Source: Candidatus Bipolaricaulota bacterium (lineage in GTDB: Bacteria > Bipolaricaulota > Bipolaricaulia > UBA7950 > UBA9294). Taken from it: a stretch of 64,000 bases of DNA. The stretch covers positions 17,858 to 81,857 of the forward strand of contig JBFMGK010000052.1 of the NCBI GenBank assembly GCA_040752575.1. Reading direction: 5' to 3'. This document shows, one piece after another, positions 9,324 to 17,058 of this stretch. The notes under the pieces are model-generated. The model was not told where the DNA came from and ran no database searches. It saw nothing but the letters and a program-made list of their open reading frames with translations. Position 1 is the first letter of the stretch. The number at the start of each line of letters is the position of its first letter. The translations under genes were made by a program, and so were the position numbers.

Positions 9324-10838
9324 TCACGCGCTGTGGAGCTCGAACAGGTGAAACCCGTATCCGGGGAGATCGACGTGGAGGCCGCCGTCCAGCATGTCGT
9401 CGCCTTGCCGCACATACGACGTGCCGTTCAGGAGATCCTCAAGCCGGCACGCCCTGCCAGCCAGCGTGGGGAGGTCTACGGGGACGAGCACCTGAGCTCT
9501 CTCCGGCGAGAGGTTGACCGTCACGAGACGGTGCTCGTCACCCAGGGACCAGCGATAGGCGAGAAGGTTGCAGGAGTTCGAGTTGCCGGCCGCTGTCGTG
9601 GTGGGCAGGGACATGTACCAGTTGCCGTCGTGGAAGACGGGATGGCGCAGGGCCGCTAGCAGTCGCCGAAAGAAGGCGGCGACTGCGGGATGCGCTGGCT
9701 CGGCCGCCCGACGGCCGAGTTGCACGGGAAGCTTGACCTGCCAGCCATCGATCTGCCCGTCGTGAAACAGCCGCAGTCCGGGGAGCGTGTAGGCGAGGGC
9801 TGCCGCTGCCAGGCTGCGCTCCACGCCGAAGGCGACCGTCGCGCGCTGCTCGTCGTGATTCTCCGTGAACCGGGCCAGGCGCTGCGCGTGGTCGGCGCCG
9901 GCTGTCAGGTGCAGGTGCACGCCGGCGATGTCGTTCGCCAGTAGCCGGTCGTAGAGGCGCTTGTCGTAGGCGTAGCTGAAACCCTGTTGCAGGAGCTCCC
10001 ACTCCAGATCCCAGTAGACCTCGGCCAACAGCAGGAAGCCGGGTTGCCGGGCGTAGAGGTCGGTGGCGACGGCCGGCCAGAAGTCGGCGCGCGGCGGCTC
10101 GAAAGCACCGCCCCAGGTGCGAAGGAAGACGTCTCGCGTGACGAGCATGGCCATGTCGCAGCGCGCGCCATCGCACCGCTCGGCGATCGAGAGCAGGATG
10201 TCGGCCATGGCTCGCCGGGCGGCTGCACTGCGGTAGTCGACCTGAACCGTGTCGCTCCAGCCGCAGAAATGTGGATCGCGGCCATGGGCGAAGATGCGCC
10301 GGCGACCGGCCTCCGCGACGTCGAAGAAGTTCTGCGGTTCGCGGCTCAACGCGGCCGGCTCGCGCTGCACCAGCCACTCAGGATGTTCCGCCACCCAGAG
10401 GTGATCGCGAGCAAGGTGGTTGGGCACGAAGTCGAGCATCAGGCGCATCCCCAGGTCGGCCAATCGTCGGCGCAACGCAGCCAGCGCGACGTCGCCGCCG
10501 AGCGCGGGATCGACGCGGTACGCCGCGATGGCGAAGGGTGAGCCGGTCACGTCCTCGTCGCCACAGTCTGGCAAGGCCCTGCGGCACTCAGCTCGCACGC
10601 CGGGATGCTCTCGTGCGAGACGGCGGCCGACAGCGCTTCGCTGCCAGACGCCCATCAGCCAGACGCCGTCGAAGCCAAGTGCCGCGATCCGATCGAGCTC
10701 GGTCTGGGGAACCGAGTCCAAGGTGACACGCCGTCCGGTCGCCTGGCTCAGTTGGTCAAGCCACGGCCAGGTGTTGATCTCGTAGAGCGTAGGGTTCTTC
10801 GGCCAACTCAGTCCGCTTGCGTGAGAGACGCCCGCCAT
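9324..10838 (-). CDS. Alpha-amylase family (GH13) glycosidase
   Basis: LYEINT, LMLDFVPNH, DGARCDMAM (nucleophile), LLAEVYW (acid/base), RFTENHDE. Confidence 0.9.
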   Translation of the reverse strand: MAGVSHASGLSWPKNPTLYEINTWPWLDQLSQATGRRVTLDSVPQTELDRIAALGFDGVWLMGVWQRSAVGRRLAREHPGVRAECRRALPDCGDEDVTGSPFAIAAYRVDPALGGDVALAALRRRLADLGMRLMLDFVPNHLARDHLWVAEHPEWLVQREPAALSREPQNFFDVAEAGRRRIFAHGRDPHFCGWSDTVQVDYRSAAARRAMADILLSIAERCDGARCDMAMLVTRDVFLRTWGGAFEPPRADFWPAVATDLYARQPGFLLLAEVYWDLEWELLQQGFSYAYDKRLYDRLLANDIAGVHLHLTAGADHAQRLARFTENHDEQRATVAFGVERSLAAAALAYTLPGLRLFHDGQIDGWQVKLPVQLGRRAAEPAHPAVAAFFRRLLAALRHPVFHDGNWYMSLPTTTAAGNSNSCNLLAYRWSLGDEHRLVTVNLSPERAQVLVPVDLPTLAGRACRLEDLLNGTSYVRQGDDMLDGGLHVDLPGYGFHLFELHSA

Positions 10839-11083
10839 GTCTTCATGCTACGGGCCGCCGAGGGCTTCGCCAAGGCGAGAAGCCTCCGCCGAGCCGGGGC
10901 GTCCATCGTATGCTTTCTCGAAGGCTACGCGGGCGAAAGACGGTTGCGCGGCGGCAGAATGCGGCGAGCGGCCGGGCCCGAACCATCAGACGCGCCACGG
11001 GGTGCTACGGCAGTGGAACCCTCCGATGGACCGTCGGGGAGCATCCTTGGCCTTCGCCGACGCCGCTTCCCACCGGATGAGCA

Positions 11084-12523
11084 TCAGTCCGGCCCGGCGG
11101 ATGGCGACGAGTAGTAGGGGCTTCTGTTGACCACTGACTCGATCTCCGCGCGGAACGCATCTCGGTCGGACTCTGTGTAGTAGGTCTCAAGCGCCTCCCA
11201 CGCGGATGTAGGGTCCCCGGAGTACAGATAGTCGAGAACGAGCGGGAGCACGTCGCATTTGTCTGTGCCATCCCATCCGCCGTCTGCCTCTTCCGATACC
11301 CGCGCGCGGGCACGCTCGGTGTGGCGGGCGATCTCATCCTGGTAGAGGTTGGGGTAGCGGTAGCTTGCCGGGACGTACTTCCCCTCCGCCGGCGAGTACT
11401 CGAGGATGGCCAGCGTGGCCGGGCTGTCGGCGAAACAGCAGTAAGTGTAGGCGAAGGAGTCGTCGCGCGTTTCGAACTCGAACACGCCGTCTCCGTTGAG
11501 ATCCACGAAGCCTCCCGGTGCATTGCCGCCGGGCGAAGCCGGCACGTCGATCGAGACGAGAGTCGATGAGAGGTCGTAGACGGCGACCGCGAAGCAGCAG
11601 TGCGCTCCTCCGCTGTACGTCTCGATGATCAGATCTGGGTAGCCCGTTCCGTTGATGTCGGTTCCGGACAGCGGATCGAGGCCTGTGACCCAATCCCGAC
11701 AGAGAAGCCGGATGCCTCCTCGATCGACCGTTACGGCGCGGTAGTACGTGGGGGCTTCGTTGTCTAGGCTCTTCCAGACCCTGACGACGTACTCCCCGTA
11801 CCCCCGAGTCTCCTCGCACGCGTACGGCGGCCAAGAGGCGCACTCGGGGGGCAACGCAGAGCCGGCGTGGGCGGGAAACGTCCGGAATGTTCCGGCCATT
11901 GCGTCAAGGGTCTTCACGAACGGCTCGGGATCGAATGCAGTGACCGTGCCAAACGAATAGAAGCTCAGGTTTCCGTAGTGGAAGAGGAGCGAGATCTCAT
12001 ACGGCACTTCGCTCCATGTGGCACGGTAGGTGATCTTCTCGTATACGTTTCCGGCACCCGCGTCGCAGCAACGCGTCACAGCGAAGGCGCGGCCGCCAAC
12101 GATTCTGGTCTCCGAAGGGTTGGAGCCGCTTGCCTGGGTGAGATGGTGTGGATTCCGCGCAGGGGAGGAATCCTTGCTCCTCGCCACGGCGACCGTTACC
12201 GAAACCTCGCCGAGGTTGGTCCGGACGCCGTCTGCGCCGATTGAGGGATCGAATGTGGGGACGAAGGTGATGACCGAGCTGTTCGCCGTGGTACATCCAT
12301 CGCCAAGAGCTGTCGGCGCGAAGTCTGGCGGATACTCGATGGCGAATCCAGAGTCGCTGTTCGTGTAGGTGTGCCAAGGTCCGGATGGAGCGACCGGTGC
12401 CGAGCAGGGCGGTGAGCAGCTCGAGTCACCACGATCGACCGACCAGCCGACAGCCCACACGGCTGCGACAACAATGCCCAAGAGGAAACCGCTCAGTCTC
12501 TGTTTCTTCGCAGAACCGGCCAC
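11084..12523 (-). CDS. Exported two-domain hypothetical protein (PsbP-like N-terminal domain plus FG-GAP/VCBS-like domain)
   Basis: WHTYTNSDSGFAIEYPPDF, DINGTGYPDLII, SGGAHCC, DLNGDGVFEF; N-terminal TM/signal. Confidence 0.65.
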   Translation of the reverse strand: MAGSAKKQRLSGFLLGIVVAAVWAVGWSVDRGDSSCSPPCSAPVAPSGPWHTYTNSDSGFAIEYPPDFAPTALGDGCTTANSSVITFVPTFDPSIGADGVRTNLGEVSVTVAVARSKDSSPARNPHHLTQASGSNPSETRIVGGRAFAVTRCCDAGAGNVYEKITYRATWSEVPYEISLLFHYGNLSFYSFGTVTAFDPEPFVKTLDAMAGTFRTFPAHAGSALPPECASWPPYACEETRGYGEYVVRVWKSLDNEAPTYYRAVTVDRGGIRLLCRDWVTGLDPLSGTDINGTGYPDLIIETYSGGAHCCFAVAVYDLSSTLVSIDVPASPGGNAPGGFVDLNGDGVFEFETRDDSFAYTYCCFADSPATLAILEYSPAEGKYVPASYRYPNLYQDEIARHTERARARVSEEADGGWDGTDKCDVLPLVLDYLYSGDPTSAWEALETYYTESDRDAFRAEIESVVNRSPYYSSPSAGPD

Positions 12524-12925
12524 GCCACCTCGCTTCGTGCTGAAGCCGTCTTGGGAGACGTCAACTCCTTCGAAGCTCCTGCGCCCAATCGACCGTAGCG
12601 CAGCGACCTGCCTGCGCGTAGGCCCTAGGTGCGCGACCCCAGTGCGTGATGATCCGCACTGAACACGGACAGCCGACCTAGCTCGACAGCGAGGCGCAAG
12701 GCGGCGGTGGGGTGCGGTCGTTGCTCGCGTTGGTCGCGGTCGATCTCTGGATGCAACGGGCGCCTTCCTCCTGCGTCGGTCGCCCGTGCGCAGGCTTCCG
12801 ACGACACGGGGGCCTGCCTGTCCTCAGCCGACGGGAGACGTGCTAGACTGCTCATGACCCAACAGACGTGGAACTACCTACCACACCGGAGGCATCCGCC
12901 TGACCCGTGGGGAGGGAGGTACGCG

Positions 12926-13501
12926 ATGAGCGTCGAGCAACCCAGGTATGCGGTCCTCAGGTCTTCCGCCAAGCGGGAGGTTCGCCGCTACGAAGCGAGG
13001 ACGGTCGCGGAGACAGCGGTTGAGGGGTCCCAGGAGAAGGCACTGAGCGAGGCATTCTCGATCCTCGCGGGCTACATCTTCGGTGGCAACGTGCCTGCGG
13101 CCAGGATCGCGATGACGGCCCCCGTGACGCAGTCGCGAGAGGCGCAGCGAATCGCCATGACGGCGCCGGTTCTTCAGCACAAGATGAGTTCAGGCGAGGC
13201 ACCCAAATGGGTCGTGCAGTTTACGATGCCGTCCAGGTACGCACTCGGTGACCTGCCCCAGCCGACCGACAAGCGGGTAAGAATCCGGGAAGTCCCGGCC
13301 ACGACGATGGCCGCGATCCGCTTCTCGGGTCTTGCACGAGCCGAGACGCTTGCAGCGAAGGAGAGGGAGTTGCGGGAGTTCATGGCCGACCAGGGACTCA
13401 ACACCCTTGGCGCGGCGGTCTACGCGTTCTACAACGCACCGTTCACCCTACCTCCCCTTCGCCGCAACGAAGTTCTGATCGAAGTTGCTCCGACGGAGTG
13501 A
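12926..13501 (+). CDS. SOUL family heme-binding protein
   Basis: VEQPRY, AFSILAGYIFGGN, IAMTAPV twice, FTMPS, YNAPFTLPPLRRNEV; GGAGG RBS. Confidence 0.9.
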   Translation: MSVEQPRYAVLRSSAKREVRRYEARTVAETAVEGSQEKALSEAFSILAGYIFGGNVPAARIAMTAPVTQSREAQRIAMTAPVLQHKMSSGEAPKWVVQFTMPSRYALGDLPQPTDKRVRIREVPATTMAAIRFSGLARAETLAAKERELREFMADQGLNTLGAAVYAFYNAPFTLPPLRRNEVLIEVAPTE

Positions 13502-13518
13502 TCGGTTGCTTCGCTTAC

Positions 13519-13974
13519 GTTGGGAGAGGAGGATGGCTACAGGAGCGGCTGCCGGTTCTCCTGTAGCTGCCGAGTTTGCTTGCGCAAACTCGTGGCACCA
13601 GTCCTCGATCTCGGATCTCCCGTGGCTCGTGAGTCTGCTGTGCAGACTCCATCCTTGATTTGGGGGTTCTCACCACCTGCTCCCAATGCAGAGCCCCAGG
13701 AGCGAAATGGCGCCTGGGGCTTCTCGCTGGAGAGGAGGATGGCGACTGGAGCGGCTGTTCGATGCTCCAGTCGCTGGGGAGTTCGCTAGCGCGAACTCTA
13801 TCCTTGAGTGGGAGTTGTCACCGACGTTGGGAGAGGAGGATGGCCGCTGGAGCCATTCCGCGATTCTCCAGCGGCTTGGGAGTTCGCTTCGCGAACTCCA
13901 TCCTTGGCTTGGCGTTTCTCACCCCGCACTCCCAACCACAAGCCCCCAGCGACGAAAACGCGCCTGGGGGCTTG
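13519..13974 (-). repeat. tRNA-Gln-linked array of structured repeats carrying three copies of the tRNA 3' end
   Basis: GTTGGGAGAGGAGGAT at 13519-13534 and 13826-13841, a variant at 13726-13740, and the tRNA itself at 13977-13992; each copy adjoins conserved hairpins. Confidence 0.85.
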
Positions 13975-14048
13975 TGGTTGGGAGAGGAGGATTCGAACCC
14001 CCATTAACAGGGCCAGAGCCTGCTGTCCTGCCATTGAACGATCTCCCA
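13975..14048 (-). tRNA. tRNA-Gln (anticodon CTG)
   Basis: TGGGAGATCGTTCAATGGCAGGACAGCAGGCTCTGGCCCTGTTAATGGGGGTTCGAATCCTCCTCTCCCAACCA; cloverleaf with encoded CCA and U1-A72. Confidence 0.96.
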
Positions 14049-14129
14049 GATGAGCGGCATGGTACGCGAGCACACGCACGTCGTCAAGACCGGCTGGGCC
14101 TTTCCGCAAGAGGGAGGTACAATGGCCGC

Positions 14130-14963
14130 ATGAGTCGCGGGGTCCGTCCGCCGGTCGTTGCTGGAGCGTTCTATCCGGAAGACCCGACACGGCTTCGCGA
14201 GATGGTCCAGCGCCTTCTCGGCACGGCGCCCGCCGCGGCGAATCCGTCTCCACATCTGGGGTTGGTCGTTCCCCATGCCGGCTATCCCTACTCGGGTGCG
14301 ATTGCCGGGAAGGGCTTTCGCTTCGCCGCCGAGCGCGGCACGCCCGACGTCATCGTCTTCCTTGGCGCGAATCACACGGGGCGCGGGCCGGCGGTCTCGC
14401 TCTCCGACGACGCGGCGTGGGCCACGCCGCTGGGAACCGTGCCGGTCGACGATGAAGCCCTGGCGCACTTGGAGTCGCTCGGCCTACGCCGGGCGCCCGA
14501 GGCGTTCGCGGGCGAGCACGCGATCGAGGTCGAGCTGCCGTTCGTCCAGGTTCTGTTCGGCGACCGTGTTCCGATCCTCCCCGTGTCGGTGCAATGGGCG
14601 CCGCTGCTCACGCTCCGCGCCGCGGCTACGGCTATCGCGTCTGCCTTTCGAACGCGCCCGGCCTGGTTCGTGGTGAGTTCGGACTTCACGCATTACGAGC
14701 CCGACGATCGCGCACGGGCGCGAGACGCGCGGGCCCTGGACAGGATTCTGGCCGGCGACGAGGAAGGGCTGCACGCGCTCGTCGCGCGCGAGCGGCTGTC
14801 GATCTGTGGCGCCGGCGCGCTCGTCGTGCTGTTGTCGATGTCACGTCATCTGGACCTTTCCAGGATCGAGAGGATCGCCTACGCGACGTCGGGCGACGCA
14901 ACGGGGGATCGAGAGGCCGTAGTGGGCTACGCTGCGGTCGGACTTACCGAGGAGGTTTCATGA
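14130..14963 (+). CDS. amrB: AmmeMemoRadiSam system protein B (MEMO1 family)
   Basis: VRPPVVAGAFYP, VPHAGYPYSG, EHAIEVELPF, SSDFTHY, SICG, VVGYAA. Confidence 0.9.
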   Translation: MSRGVRPPVVAGAFYPEDPTRLREMVQRLLGTAPAAANPSPHLGLVVPHAGYPYSGAIAGKGFRFAAERGTPDVIVFLGANHTGRGPAVSLSDDAAWATPLGTVPVDDEALAHLESLGLRRAPEAFAGEHAIEVELPFVQVLFGDRVPILPVSVQWAPLLTLRAAATAIASAFRTRPAWFVVSSDFTHYEPDDRARARDARALDRILAGDEEGLHALVARERLSICGAGALVVLLSMSRHLDLSRIERIAYATSGDATGDREAVVGYAAVGLTEEVS

Positions 14964-15826
14964 TCACGAGCATGACCGGCTTCGGGCAGGGCAGCGCGAC
15001 GCGGGGCGGCTGGCGAGCCGAGGCCACGCTGCGCGTCGTGAACCACCGCTTCCTTTCGATTCGCATTCGCTCGCTGGCCGACCACCCCTGGCTTCTCGCT
15101 CAAGTCGAAGACAAGCTGCGCGCCGCGTTCCAGCGCGGCGAGGTCGGGGTGTGGCTGTCCGTAGAGCCGGATCGCGAAGCCGACGGGGCGCCGGCCTTTG
15201 ACCGCGAGGTCGCCGGGCGCGTTCTCGCAGCGCTGGAGGCCGCGTGCCGGGAGTTCTCACTGCCAGATCGTCCGACGCTCGCGGATCTGATCCGGGCGGG
15301 CGGCCTGCAGACCCCTCAAGAGAAGGACGAAGCCCTTTGGCCGGCGATTGGGGATGCACTGGATGTTGCCGCGGAAGCCGTGCGAGCGAGCCGCGCGAAG
15401 GAAGGCGCGGCGCTGGCCGCGGAGACCGAACGGCTGCTCAGGGTCCTCGAGCGCGGAGCGGCGACCGTCGTCGAGCGCCTGCCGGAAATCATGGACGGGG
15501 TTCGCGCGCGACTCCAGGCTCGGGTCGAGGAACTGGGAGCTCGCGTCGACGCGGATCGCATCGAAACGGAGATCGTTCTCCTTGCGGACAGGTTCGACGT
15601 CCAGGAGGAACTGGTTCGCCTGACCAGCCATCTCGCGCGCGTTCGCGAGTTGCTCGCCAAGTGCGACGGGCCCGCGGGCAAGGAACTCGACTTCCTGGGC
15701 CAGGAACTGCTGCGCGAGGTCAACACCCTAGGTTCGAAGGCGCGCGACGGCGAGATCGTCCGCACGGTGGTCGAGATGAAGGTCGCCATCGAGCAGTTGC
15801 GGGAGCAGATTCAGAATGTCGAGTGA
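14960..15826 (+). CDS. yicC: YicC/YloC family endoribonuclease
   Basis: MITSMTGFG, VNHRFL, DVQEELVRLTSH, GKELDFLGQELLREVNTLGSK, EQLREQIQNVE. Confidence 0.93.
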   Translation: MITSMTGFGQGSATRGGWRAEATLRVVNHRFLSIRIRSLADHPWLLAQVEDKLRAAFQRGEVGVWLSVEPDREADGAPAFDREVAGRVLAALEAACREFSLPDRPTLADLIRAGGLQTPQEKDEALWPAIGDALDVAAEAVRASRAKEGAALAAETERLLRVLERGAATVVERLPEIMDGVRARLQARVEELGARVDADRIETEIVLLADRFDVQEELVRLTSHLARVRELLAKCDGPAGKELDFLGQELLREVNTLGSKARDGEIVRTVVEMKVAIEQLREQIQNVE

Positions 15827-16439
15827 GCGAATCGTCGAGCGACGCCGCGGCGCCGGCAGCGGGCTTGCGTTGGTGGTGTCCGGTCCCTCGGGAGCTGGCA
15901 AGAACACGGCGATCAACGCGCTTCTCACGCGCGATCCGCGGCTCGCCTACTCGGTTTCCCACACGACGCGCCGACCGCGCCCGGGCGAGAGCGAGGGGGT
16001 CGACTACCACTTTGTCTCCGGAGACGCATTCGACGCGCTCGCGGACGCGGGCGAGTTTCTCGAGCACGTAACCTACCTGGGCGATCGTTACGGGACGTCA
16101 AGAGCCGAGATCGCGCGGCTTGCAGCTCTTGGGCGAGACATCGTCCTCAACATCGACGTGCAGGGCGCCCGTGCCCTTCGCGCTCGGACGGTCCCGGGAG
16201 TCGCCCTTGCCTTCGTGTTTTTCGCGCCGCCCAGCCTCGCGGATCTGGAAGCGCGACTGCGGGCGCGCGGCTCTGAGGGGGAAGCGGAGAGGGCGAACCG
16301 GCTGCGCGTCGCACGCGAAGAGCTCGACGCCATCAAGATCTTCGACTATCTGGTGGTCAACGACGAACTGGACCAGGTCGTTCGCGAGCTCGAAGCCATC
16401 GTCGCGGCGGAACGACTGCGAGTCCGTACGAGCGGGTGA
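15816..16439 (+). CDS. gmk: Guanylate kinase
   Basis: SGPSGAGKNT P-loop, SVSHTTRRPRPGESEGVDYHFV, YGTS, IDVQGA. Confidence 0.95.
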   Translation: MSSERIVERRRGAGSGLALVVSGPSGAGKNTAINALLTRDPRLAYSVSHTTRRPRPGESEGVDYHFVSGDAFDALADAGEFLEHVTYLGDRYGTSRAEIARLAALGRDIVLNIDVQGARALRARTVPGVALAFVFFAPPSLADLEARLRARGSEGEAERANRLRVAREELDAIKIFDYLVVNDELDQVVRELEAIVAAERLRVRTSG

Positions 16440-16627
16440 ACGTCGGAGACGGACTCCAACCTACGTCGGAGACAAGATCCGACCCAACGTCGGAGGCAAG
16501 CTCCGACGCTACAGGGGAAGGAAGCCACGCCCTAACGTCGGAGACAAGCTCCAACCGAACGTCGAAGACGGGCTCCAACCTACGTCGGAGGCAAGCTCCA
16601 ATCGAACGTCGGAGACGAGCTCCGACG
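16439..16627. repeat. Cluster of seven 23-24 bp CGTC-tagged palindromic (REP-like) repeats
   Basis: CGTCG(G/A)AG-N5-(C/A)TCC(G/A)A units start at 16441, 16464, 16488, 16536, 16560, 16583, 16607, between the convergent gmk and hup genes. Confidence 0.85.
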
Positions 16628-16661
16628 CCACAGAGGGACGTGGAGGTCGCGCGACAAGGGC

Positions 16662-16693
16662 AAGAAAGAGGGCGCCGGCGTCGGCCGGCGCCC
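16662..16693 (-). terminator. Intrinsic terminator after hup
   Basis: 10-bp stem GGGCGCCGGC/GCCGGCGCCC followed by TCTTTCTT on the minus strand. Confidence 0.7.
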
Positions 16694-16722
16694 CCCGGTG
16701 CTTCAGAAGTTAGCGCTGCGAG

Positions 16723-17034
16723 CTACTTGCGGGTCACACCCTTCGGCGCCGTCTTCAGGGACTTCTCGATGCGGCGCTTCAGTTCCTTCCCTGGCTTGAA
16801 CAGGGGGACGACCTTGGCCTCGACCTGGATCGGCCGCTTGGTCTGGGGGTTGATTCGGCTCGACGCCTTGCGAGCGCGGACGGCAAACTTCCCGAACCCG
16901 ACGAGCTTGACCTCGTCTCCCGTCAGGAGCGTATCCGACACCAGGTCGAGCACGTCATCCAGGAGCCGACGCGCCTCCTTCTTCGTCAGGTTCGATTTCT
17001 CCGCCAGCCTATCGATGAATTCGCCCTTGTTCAT
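16723..17034 (-). CDS. hup: HU family DNA-binding protein
   Basis: MNKGEFI, VKLVGFGKF, INPQT, PLFKPGKELK. Confidence 0.95.
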   Translation of the reverse strand: MNKGEFIDRLAEKSNLTKKEARRLLDDVLDLVSDTLLTGDEVKLVGFGKFAVRARKASSRINPQTKRPIQVEAKVVPLFKPGKELKRRIEKSLKTAPKGVTRK

Positions 17035-17058
17035 GAGGTACAGGCCTCCTTGCCTCGG

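Noticed and set aside
13519..13992. CRISPR array or prophage/genomic island at tRNA-Gln
   Set aside because: Intervals between the att-like copies are only 101-206 bp and are homologous to one another. No integrase or phage genes lie nearby.
16439..16627. CRISPR array
   Set aside because: Units are directly tandem with no unique spacers, the repeats are degenerate, and no cas genes are present.
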